From assembly GCA_051294375.1 (NCBI GenBank), contig JBJCIZ010000239.1, forward strand, positions 2,369,476 to 2,433,475: DNA of 64,000 nucleotides. Reading direction: 5' to 3'. The first letter of the stretch is position 1; the number at the start of each line of letters is the position of its first letter. The notes beneath the pieces are model-generated. The model worked only from the letters and a program-made list of their open reading frames with translations. It made no database searches and was not told the origin of the DNA. This document shows, piece after piece, positions 30,346 to 41,411 of the stretch. Source of the DNA: Paraspadella gotoi. Lineage: Eukaryota > Animalia > Chaetognatha. The position numbers were made by a program, and so were the translations under genes.

Positions 30346-33014
30346 ATGTTGGTAACGGAAGAACCTTGTGGATCTTCGAAGACTAACGAACCGGGAAATC
30401 CAGGTACATCATTACATGTATTTCTATTTTAAAATTCTTTTGATTTTCCTCTTCTAGTTTTAACAAATAATTCCAGTTTCCCTATTTTAAACAAAAAATA
30501 TTTATTTTTACGTCGTCAGTTTGTGTCATTAAAAACTTTTTTCTTTTGTCGACAGAACAACTTGCCGTTCGTCCGCCGAAGTCACAAATCACGGTCATCA
30601 TCGAGGATGGATCCAACGAAATCCGCTCAGTTCTCGATACATCGGGGGAGATTTCCGCCAACACCCCCGTCGGTCATAAATGCGAACGTAAGCGGAATTC
30701 GTCCTCGGGCTCTGACGTCTCCAGCAGCACATCCACCGGTCCATTGCCGACGCCACCCGACGGTGGATGGGGCTGGGTGGTCGTTGCCGCATCTTTTGTC
30801 GCCCACTGTATCGCCGACGGTTGCGCCTTCAGCTTTGGCATCTTCTACATGACCCTCAAAGACGCCTTCAACGAATCCGATGCGAAAACTTCCCTCGTGG
30901 GCTCCATATTCGCCGGTGTACCCCTAATGGCCGGACCCATAGCCTCCGCCATAACCAACAAATACGGTTGCAGATCCTCCACCATCATGGGAACGTTTTT
31001 GGCGATGACGGGCTTTTGCGTTTCTTACTTCGCCACGAGCCTCAACTTTCTCATCGTTTCTCTCGGCCTCGTGTCAGGTCTTGGGTTTTCGCTCATCTAC
31101 ATGTCGGCCATCGTCATCGTGGCATTTTATTTCGAGAAGAAGCGTGCCCTAGCGACCGGCATCGCCGTTTCCGGCACCGGAATCGGCACCATGATCTTCG
31201 CTCCCATGTGCGAGTTGCTCATCGAAGAGTTCGGTTGGCGAGGAACCTTTTTGTTGATCGGCGGCATTGTCGCCAACACCTTCGTCTGCGGCGCCGTGTT
31301 TCGCCCCAACGAATTCGGTATCGTGGGAGAAGAAGATTGCTCGGATTCGGCGTCGTCCGATTCGTCGTCTCCGTTGTCGTGTTCCGCTAAATCCCAGTCT
31401 TCACTTGACAAGTGCGGCGGCGAGTTCACTGTCAATGAGCTCGAAGCTAGTAATAACAAAGGCCACACGTTTCCCAAGTACAAAGCTTCGGCCTTGTCGC
31501 CGAATATCGCTTCGCCGGTGGAAGCGGGAGCCGAGGGTGGACGCTTGATTCAAACGAGTGGTGGTTTGAATTTGGTGGCCTCTCGCGAGGGCGGGAGTCT
31601 GCCGTCTTCTATCTCCCTCGTGGATATTCCTACTCATCTTCGTTCACCCGCCAATGTCTCCGGGGAAACGTCGCGGAATTTGGTGAAAAACGATCGGCCC
31701 GTTCCTGAATCGACCTTGATTTACCAATGCAGGTCGCCCAAAATTTGTGTTTACATGCCGCAGCCCGAAGTGGAATTAAATGGGGACTTTGAAAGCGCTC
31801 GACCGTCCCCTTTTGCGGAAATGTCGTTACCCATCGATATCGCCATGGGCCAGGACTCTGGTAAAGACGTGATGAGTTATCTGGATCCATTGACCTATCG
31901 GCCCTACGACTCAACCTTAGGAAAGTGCAACAAAAATCGACCCAAAGTTCGGCTAATCGACCAAAGAAGACGCGGGATGCCCGGCGGTGGAGGTCTTAAT
32001 TTAAAGAAGGACACTTTCTATCGCGGCTCTCTTTTTCACGACCGCGCTAAAATCGGATCGACTCGAAGTTGCCCCGACATAGCTCACGGCTTGTTGAATC
32101 CGAAAAGCGAGTTTCAAAAAGTGCCAGGCGGCGTTTCACAGCCGAGAAAGATAAGTCGGGAAGATAATGCGATTGGTGGAAAATGCTGCGCGTCTTTTTG
32201 CAACGTATTGATTCAATCCATATGTTGTACCTGTTGCAATTTCTGTATGGAGAAGTTGCCGCAAGAGTTTCGCAACGTCGTATACGAAATGCTCGATATC
32301 TCGTTGTTTCTGAAAATTGGATTTTTGTGGTTTTGTATGAGTAACTTGTTGTTGTACGCGGCCTACGATATTCCTTATTATTATGTTCCCGAATACGCAG
32401 TCGAGGTTCTCGGAATTGAGGAAACCAAAGCCTCGTTTTTGATTTCTATTATTGGTATAGTTTCTACGCTGGGACAAGTGGCCTTCGGATGGTTCGGAGA
32501 TTTACCCGGATTAGACGTTCTCAGTTTTTACTCTATTTCACTCTCAGTTTGTGGTACCTTCACCATATTTATCCCGTTTTTTAATAGCTACACATTACTA
32601 GTCGTCTATTGTTCTGCATTTGGATTTTTTATAAGCGCCAATTACGCGTTATCCACCATTATTTTAGTCGATATCGTTACTTTGGATAGATTGACCAATG
32701 CCTATGGATTGCTCATGTTCGCACAGGGCTTGGCAAACATGCTAGGCCCACCGTTTGCCGGATTTTTGTCTGACACGTCTGGATCTCACATCCTCTCATT
32801 TTACGTAGCTGGCTCGAGTATTTTACTTTCAGGGTTAATGCTTTTTCTTCTTCGACCATTAGAAAAATTGAAGGAATTGTGGGCGAGAACGTATTGTTGC
32901 CAAAGCTGTAATAATGGCTTTAAAAAAGCTATTGCTAGAGCCATTTGTTGTGGAAATCCTGATTCAAATCACAACGCTAACAAATCACCACTCTCTATTC
33001 AGGCACAACTGTGA
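30346..33014 (+). CDS. Monocarboxylate transporter (SLC16 family, MFS)
   Basis: PPDGGWGWVVV signature, YFEKKRALATGIA, two TM bundles with a large loop; exon 30346-30403 joins 30556; possible extra 5' exon 30005-30207. Confidence 0.93.
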
Positions 33015-33767
33015 TCTTTTTAATGAAGCATCCAAAAAATTTTCTCGCTTCTTTAAATAGGTCGGCTTTCAAATTTGTTGTTTCTAGCGAGGTATGCCTT
33101 TTTTTTTTTACAAATTTTGCAAAATCCAATGATTATAGTTTTGAAATACGTTATTTATTTTCATTTAATTCATCTTGCATACACAAGTTTGAGTTTGCAT
33201 ATTCCATGACTTCATAATTCATGTATTATACAACGAGCGTTTTGAACCTTAATCCTTCGGAGATTTTACAGGAAGATATCGAAAGATTTTTTTTTAGACA
33301 GTATTGTTTGAACACTCTTGTGTTCAACGCTTTCAATAGAACCCAACTTAAGGATGCATGAGTTTTAATTGATCAATAAGATTTTTCTTTAGCTCTAGTA
33401 TTACATGTATTATCGAGCATTAAGAAGTTGACCAGTAATATAATCTTTAATCTTTATTATTTATTATTCTAGCGGTACTAATTTGTTTAATCACTTACGA
33501 TTATTCTGTCTCTGTACAGTTTGATCTTTGTGTGAATATACTATTTGGTTTTTATTAATTTTAATATCGTTTACTTTGCAGATTCATTCATTTCAAATGC
33601 AATCGTCTTTCTTTAATATAAAGCCCGCTAATACATACGTTATGATTAATCAAGCTTTTACAAAATAATATTTATTAAAGTTAAAATCATCATCTTATCT
33701 ACCTCGGGTCAGATATTATTCATTAAATATCTTTTGTTCGTCCACAATACATCATATTTTAAAATCT

Positions 33768-34473
33768 ATGATGGCCAAGGACGCCGCTACGAACGAAGCC
33801 GTTCTAAACTACTTGAACGCTCAAAATCGACCATATAGTGCCATAGACATTTTCAACAACCTACACAAAGCCCACGGACAAACGGCGATTAAAAAGTCCC
33901 TGCAAAGTTTAACAAGCGATGGAAAGATTATCGAAAAGACGTATGGAAAGCAGAGCATATATTACATAAATCAGAGTCAATTTCCCCTGACGAACGATGA
34001 AGAACTAAAGAATATGGACAAAAAAATATCAGATTTGACGCAGTCGTCGGGAGCTTTGCAGAAGGAGCTCACATCGATGGACTATGAGTTAACACGCCTT
34101 TCAAACTCGCTGACTTTGGAAGGAGCCAGGGCGCGGCTGGATGAAATTACGAATAAAGTCTCAGCCGGTAGTTTTAATTTTAATGGAATTAATAAATCGA
34201 ATTACCATTTTTAACATTGTCCGGCCTCCATCTTTAGGGCAAAAAAGCCTGGACTCGATAAAAGATCGATCCGATTCCATTGACTCGAAAGAGAAAGACC
34301 ATATTTTCGCTTCTCGTCAGAAATACATCGGCGAATGGCGAAAGAGGAAGCGAATGGCAACGGACGTCTTGGATACCATCTTGGAAAATTATCCCAAATC
34401 TAAAAAAGACTTCATGGAAGAAGTTGGTTGCGAAACCGACGAAGATTACGGCGTCGCAATTCCTCGACCTTGA
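33768..34473 (+). CDS. PSMC3IP: Homologous-pairing protein 2 (HOP2/TBPIP)
   Basis: YLNAQNRPYSAIDIFNNL, EKTYGKQSIY, EWRKRKRMA, EEVGCETDED; intron about 34158-34237. Confidence 0.93.
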
Positions 34474-34588
34474 AAATTTTTTCTCATCTTTTCTGTTTTT
34501 CTGATTTAATTTAAATGGAATTCGTTATTGTTTATTTACGTTTTGTCAGATACTTAATTAGTTAATAAACCATCTGGACGGGAACGCG

Positions 34589-34786
34589 ATGAAACCCGGA
34601 GCGGTGGCCGCGGACGAGATGTTTCCCGACGGCGGCGGCGGCGCCGCCTCCTCTATGGACATTGATCTCGACGACTCGGGCGGCGTGGGCGGTATGTTGA
34701 TGGACCTCGCCTCCAACGAAAAGGCCGTCCATGGGGATTTCTTCAACGACTTTGACGACATTTTTGACGACGAGGATCTCTCGTGA
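34589..34786 (+). CDS. COPS9: COP9 signalosome subunit 9 (MYEOV2)
   Basis: MKP...DEMFPDGGG...[28 protein letters not shown]; intronless. Confidence 0.93.
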   Translation: MKPGAVAADEMFPDGGGGAASSMDIDLDDSGGVGGMLMDLASNEKAVHGDFFNDFDDIFDDEDLS

Positions 34787-36172
34787 GGTGGCCCGCCAGC
34801 CTCGAGTCGTTTCAAGGATTTGCCGTCGTTTTTTTTTATCCTTTTGATTCGCTACTTTCGCGTTTTCTCTTTTTCGTCCTCCATATCCCGAAAACTATCT
34901 CATTCAAACTCATCATCCGTGCTCTTCAATTCGAAGTTCAGCCATCACAATTTTACCCAGTTTAAGTAGGAACGTACGCGCCCATCATTGAGATCTTTGA
35001 TAGCTTCATCTCCTCGGAGGGCGAATCAATGTCGTCGATCCAGTAATGGCTACGTTTATAAACCCCTTTAGTCCTAGCCACAGGGTAAAAGTTGAGAGAT
35101 AAATTGGTTTATAAATAGTGCGGACTGGAATATTCTTCATTCAAAATTCATTCTTTTAATGTGATTATAAGTTATTATCTTTAATATTGTTATTTTTCTT
35201 ATTGATTATCATCCCGAGATGTAAGCAATATCTGGCGCTTTACCAGTTCTGTGATTATTTTTTTGGTGGGCCGTCTTTTTACTGTTATTCTGGGGATAGT
35301 TTTTTGTTTTTAACTTAAATTATCGTTATCATTAACGGTGATCTTTTTTTCGTTAAAATGGCAATACCTTTTATGGCGCAAATTGAATTGGCATTATCAT
35401 TTTTAAATCCCGAATCATGATACGTTTGTTCTTTTGGATGAAGTCGGAATGCTTCCTCGGCTTCCGCCAGAGTTTTCCCCTTTCGTCTCAACTGCCTCTG
35501 ATTCTGACTCTTAGTCTGACAGACGACGACGACGACGAAATGAGCGAAGCGTGATTCCTCTTCCTCGCTCCAAGAATAACAACCAACCAAAGCGTTTAGC
35601 GTTACTACTCCCGAATGAGAAAGAGAGCTTCTCGCTTCATTCATATTTTCGATTCAACTTCCTGGAGGATGACATTTTCCTTTACTTTTTTAAGGGTTTT
35701 TATTTATTTGTTTTTCACTATTTTAAAACTTTTCGCTTCTGCAGTTACTGTATCGAAAACAGTGTTTTTGGTAGTTTTTATATAAACGGCAAATGTGTTA
35801 CAATTTAAAGACAACTTTAAACCTAATCTGAAAGACTTTCTAAACATAAATGGGCTTAATTTTACATTCGCCGGTTAGGCAGTAATTATTGATTAATTAG
35901 GTTGGGGGGGGTTTGAGGTTCAGGTAGTTTGGTAACAGTTTTCATCATTTTTTATAGTAAAAATTTATATACATAAGTACTCATAAGTTAGCGAATGTAA
36001 AATTTTAACTTTAGCGTGAAAAACCTTTGTTTTGCCTTTTTTCTTATATATAATAATAATATTTTGTCATTTTATTTTTAATATTATTTTAATTATATGC
36101 ATTTTGATCCGTCTATTTGTTTATATTGACTATCCTACAGAAATTTATTTAAATATAAACACCGACTTTGCA

Positions 36173-37807
36173 ATGTCACTAAGGAGCAGCGTTCGAAGAT
36201 CAAGGTAGGCAGTCGAAATGACAGCCACCGCTTTTATTTCATGTTCTTTTAAACTTATCGTTAATTTTATTAACTTAATTATTGTCGCCTTTTTCAGGTC
36301 GCGTTCTCGCTCGCCCGTCCAGAAGAGAGACTCCTACACCCAAATTTGCTACAAATGTAACAAAAAGGGTCACATCTCCAAGGAATGCGGGGAAGCATCG
36401 GTGTGCTACACCTGCGGACAACAGGGGCATATTGCGAGAGAATGTAGAGAAGGAGGAGGGTCCACATGTTATCATTGTCATAAAAGGGGACACTTCGCAA
36501 GAGAGTGTCCGGAGGCCGGAGGTAGGAGGGCGAGGAAGCCGTTAAGTATAACTCTGTCGCGCGTGGTGGGAGGAGAGAGCTAGACCTTGAGGGATGAAAG
36601 GAGCGGACACCAGTAGTAGCGGATGGTAATGGGGGAGCGCGCAAGAGAGAGAGAGAGAGAGGAGCTTAGGAGCGGGGGGAGTGTGGATTGGATGAGGGGG
36701 AGGTGGTTTCGTAGTGTTGAAGAACACGATTCGGAGTCAGAAGTCTCAGGTAAAACGTTCAAAATAAATTTTGATGATTTTTTTGGTTTTTTTCAAGTAA
36801 GGCACCTTGTAGGGTTTGAATAGATTCGCCGTTGTAATTTTGAAATGAGACATTTCTCCAGGTGCCCGAAATTGTTGTAACGGAGTAACTCGTCACGAAA
36901 AAAAAAATAGAATTAATCACTAAACTGTTAACATTTCGGGATTTTATCATTATAGGTGGGCCTCGTTATTCTGGATCTCGCGGACCGCCTTCTTATAGTC
37001 GGGACAGTTACTCCAGCGTCGGTGGCTCAAGGAGCGGACTTCAGTGTCACAAATGTCAAGGCTTCGGACACATGGCCAGGGATTGTCCTACCGTCGCCGA
37101 AACAAGATGTTTCAAATGTCAGGTAATTTACCATCTTGGAAAATGAATAAGTCGGTAACTTTTGTAGCTTTTTAATTTAAAGATCGAAAAAAAATAATGA
37201 ATATGAAATTTATATAAAAATGAGCTTTTTCTGATTCAAATGAGCCTATTTTGTGCGTAATATGATTGGAAATAAAAGAGAAGAATAAAAAAATGATTCA
37301 TATATCAAAACCCCCAATGGTTATATTAAGTATATATCCAAAGAAATATTACCATTATGTGATTAATGATTGTTTTTAAAAAATAGTTATAGAAATTGAG
37401 AAGGTCAGATTTTTTTTAACGTCTTTTTTTTATTTGAATCTTACACCTGTATTTTTAATCGCATTTTATCGAATTATTTTTTACCTCCTATTCGCGAATA
37501 AAATATTGCATTTTTTAGGGGATCGGCCACATGGCTCGAGAGTGTCCATCGCGAGTTCTGGTCGGAAGTGATGGCAAAAATGTTAAATGCTACAAGTGTG
37601 GAAAAATGGGTAAGAGCATACCACTTTTGAAAAAAAATGTTCGGATTACAATTCATCATTAAATTTTATAAATTTTTTTCAATTAAACGTAGTGATACCA
37701 AATTATAGTATTTTGAAAGAGATATATGGAGAAGTCGTCAGTCATTCATTTTAAACTATTTCTTCTTCACACTAGGTCATATGGCACGTGATTGTAAATT
37801 GGATTAA
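36173..37807 (+). CDS. CNBP-like CCHC zinc-knuckle protein, paralog 1 (RS-rich N-terminus)
   Basis: Five exons (36173-36204, 36298-36521, 36956-37122, two short 3' exons); six CX2CX4HX4C knuckles; RSRSRSRSP N-terminus. Confidence 0.88.
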
Positions 37808-38018
37808 AACGGTTTCAAATCTCCGTTAAAAAACTTCCCTCACTTCATATACTTAGAATCTTTTCCAAAAGACGACTAACTCAATTTATTATCTCCATTC
37901 ACCAATTATAAATATTCTTGTGTTACCTTATGATAACTTGTATATTTTGATGTATTCTTTTTTTTTGGACGAATCTTAGTTAATCTTTAATTTAAGACGT
38001 CTTCTTAAAACTATCAAA

Positions 38019-39382
38019 ATGTCTGACGATCGCTTGTGTTACAAATGTAGCAAGAAGGTAAGTTTGGCTTTTTTGCAATTTTCCTTGGTTTTAATTACAA
38101 TTGCTCTCCTTCTTCGATACTTTCCCATCAGGGACACATTAGTCGCGACTGTCCCGACGGGACAATGTGTTATAATTGTGGAAAAACTGGACACATTGCT
38201 CGCGAATGCCCCGAATCCGGTGGAAAAGTTGACGAGGATCGCCAAAAGTGTTACAATTGTCATAAAAAGGGGCATTTCGCTCGTGATTGCACTGAGTTCG
38301 GAGGTATGACCACACAACCATCTTGTGCAGGACGGACGCAGCGCATCGTTCGGCTGTGTGGAGAGGGAGGACAGGAAGTTTTGGGCGGGAGAGATGAGGG
38401 GTGATGATGGGATGTAGTAGTTCGAGATTGAGAGTGAGAGAGGGAGTGGTGAGATTTGTTTAGTAGATAGTGGGCAATCGGTTTCTGCCCCATTCGCCCG
38501 AATCGGTGAGGTGAGTCTGGAAACCCGTTCTACCTTTTAAAAATATCTCAAAAGCGAAAAAAAAAAAAATAAAAAGGGTGGACTTTTTAATCTAGGAGGC
38601 GGTCGCGGTGGTCGTGGATTCGGACGGGGCGGAGGCAGAGGAGGATTCAACATGGGAATGGGTCGTCAACAATGCCACCGGTGTCAAGGGTTTGGTCATT
38701 TTTCGAGAGATTGCCCCTCGGAGCACAGATGCTATAAATGTCAGGTTCGTTTCGCAAGTCTTGATGGTGATGAGAGAGTAAAAATCTAAAATTGAACGTT
38801 CGAGCCTGCTGATGGCGAATTATGGTGGTTATGGGCGTGAAACTGTGACCTTTCATTGCGCAAAGTCCAAAGGTTGTGACTTACGGGCCCGTAAGTCGTG
38901 TGGCGAGCATGGAAAGCTGTAGACGGCGTCGATCTTCCTTTAAAGTACTGAGACGCTATTCACAAGGACGTTTATAAATGTTTGCTTTGTTATAATTTAA
39001 GCCGTTTAAAAAAAAGAATGCACTTGACTCAAACCGATTAATTCTTCTTCTTTAGAGTTGGCACGGTTACATATTTTATATGGCTGATATATTTCTAACG
39101 ATTGATTACTATTTAGATTTTTACTAAAAACCCCTTCTCTAACTGGATGAATAATCCACTATTAAATTTATACTGTTATATACATTGCGCAGGGATACGG
39201 CCACGTTCAAAAAGATTGTCCCTCTCAAAATCACGTGGGTCAAGATGGACGAAGTGTTAAATGTTTTAAATGCGGGAAAATAGGTATTTTGTTTTATTGA
39301 ACGCCTTGTAAGTTAAACGAACATAATTTTAATTTATTTATTTCTAGGTCACATGGCGCGGGAATGTAAAGTCGACGAATAA
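38019..39382 (+). CDS. CNBP-like CCHC zinc-knuckle protein, paralog 2 (RGG box)
   Basis: Five exons (38019-38057, 38132-38303, 38596-38744, two short 3' exons); six knuckles; GGRGGRGFGRGGGRGG; last three intron positions shared with paralog 1. Confidence 0.88.
38758..38954 (+). ncRNA. Candidate intronic box C/D sno/scaRNA
   Basis: C box GTGATGA 38767, CTGA 38809, terminal CTGA 38948, flanking gtc/gac, 20-bp palindrome 38878-38897, GC-richer than the rest of the intron. Confidence 0.5.
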
Positions 39383-40121
39383 ATAAAAAAATAAACACTC
39401 CACAGTTCAGCAAATGGACGTTGCTTGTTGCGAATAAGTTATCCTCATCATTGGTGCATCTTCGCACTTAATTAAATGTTTCTGGTTTCATTATTTTCTC
39501 CTACTTTTGTAGGATTGGTTTTACCGGTTTAATTTTTTTTATTCTCGAGCATACACGCGATTTCTTTAATCTTTGGGACGGCGCTGTTGTGCCAAGCGTT
39601 TTAACAATCTTAACATTTTAATATTAGTCGTGATTATTTTAAATTTATAAAATTTGTTATACCTCAGGTGTGTGCTAAAAAACTCCACTCCTTTTCCTTT
39701 TATTCAATAATTATAAAATAAATTATTTTAGTAGTAAAATGAAAATGATTCAATTATAGTTTATCAACAATATACTTCTATTTTTTTTTTCAGTTTTCAA
39801 ATGTATTGAGTGGATAGTTTTATGCATAGCAGAGTAGATAGAATGTTTTGTCCTTTTTTTCCTTACAATATAGTAAATTTCTGGTACATCCGACGCTGTC
39901 TCAAAGTCTTGATTCTTGTTTACTTATAGCTATTTTTATTCAAACATTTGTACAATGTGTTCTGCGGTTTTAGCTCTAACTTTTACGGGGTAAAGTTTGA
40001 CTTCTCCGTTCATTTATAAAAATGTTTCGTTTTGGTAATCAGCTTCGTTAGAAAATGAATTTTATTTCTCTGTAATTAAAATTGCTTAATTATTAGCTTT
40101 TTCATCTTAGTTATTCTCAAA

Positions 40122-41280
40122 ATGGCCGACTATGCAAATGTCAAAACGGGAAAATTAAAGTTAAAAGGCGAAAAATCCAAAAAGAAAAGAAGGAAAAGAA
40201 CTCACGACGAAGAGGCAGGAAAGTAAGTAAAAAGCATGTTTACTTTTTTAATATGTAAAATAGAATTCATGAGTTTTACCCTGAAATGAAGGTCGACTTC
40301 TACAGAAAAAACTTCCTCGTTAAAAAAGGACGACAGCCTAAAATACGGTGGGTGGTGGGCTATCACTTCCGTCACTCAAGCTATCAATAACATTTCTATT
40401 GAAATTATGCCCCGGAGTTTTGTCTTCGCATTGGAGTCTGGATATTTTAAGGTTATTTTTAGATGAATTTCATCTTTGAGATTCTAAAGTAGTCGATGGT
40501 CAATAGTTTTTTTATAATTATGATGCGCTTAACTAATTTCTTTTTATGTTTCAGGTTGGTGACGTTCACGAAAAAGGAGAGGGACCAGCTCCCGAGGAGA
40601 TTTACACGGCGACTCGAGTTACGGACACTCATCTTGCGATTAAATCTGGATATGGAAAATACTTGGGCGTTAACAAAGAAGGCGTTGTCACTGGAACCTC
40701 GGATGCGATTGGTAATAAAAGCGACCTTGAATTACTTTTTATCAATTGCTATCATTATATATTTAATATATTTAATTTTCCATTTTCGTTAATCGAAAAC
40801 TAAAGGTCATCGCGAGCAATGGGAGCCAGTTTTTCAAGATAACGAATTAGCCTTGTTGGGCGCCAACAATTGCTTCCTTTCTGTCGACGAAGAATCGCGC
40901 ATCGTTTGTCGAAGCAAAACTGCAGGTGGGGATCGATGAGCCGCCTCATTTTCGAATCGCCGGTTTAGTAGTGTTTAATTATTTATTAATTATTTACAAT
41001 TCTATTATTATTTCGTCTCTCAGGCGACGACGAAAAGATCCGAATCCGCTCCAATGCGGAGGTGAACCGCTTCGTCGACGATCGACCCGAGGAAGAACGC
41101 GGATCTTTGAAAGACGCCGAAATCAAATACGCCAAAAAATTCCAGAGTTTTGAGGATCGAAAATGGAAGATCAACGACGGTCACGTCGACGTTTTGAAAA
41201 AAGCGCGACTCGAGGGAAATCTCCACGAAGAACTCTTAGACCGACGGGAAAAAATGAAGTCGGATAAGTTTTGCAAATAG
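40122..41280 (+). CDS. FRG1: FRG1 protein
   Basis: [39 protein letters not shown], terminal [21 protein letters not shown]; five exons. Confidence 0.95.
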
Positions 41281-41411
41281 GGATTCGTAACCCCCCATCC
41301 CCCGTCCCGTCCCCCCCCTTTCGGACATCGACATCTCGTATTTGTTATTACTTACATTTTTTCTATCGCATTTTATTCTATGTTCAGCGGTTAAAAATAT
41401 TAATAAAAAAA

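Noticed and set aside
38785-38865. U6-like words (ctaaaattgaacg, tgcgcaa)
   Set aside because: ACAGAGA box and the rest of U6 are absent
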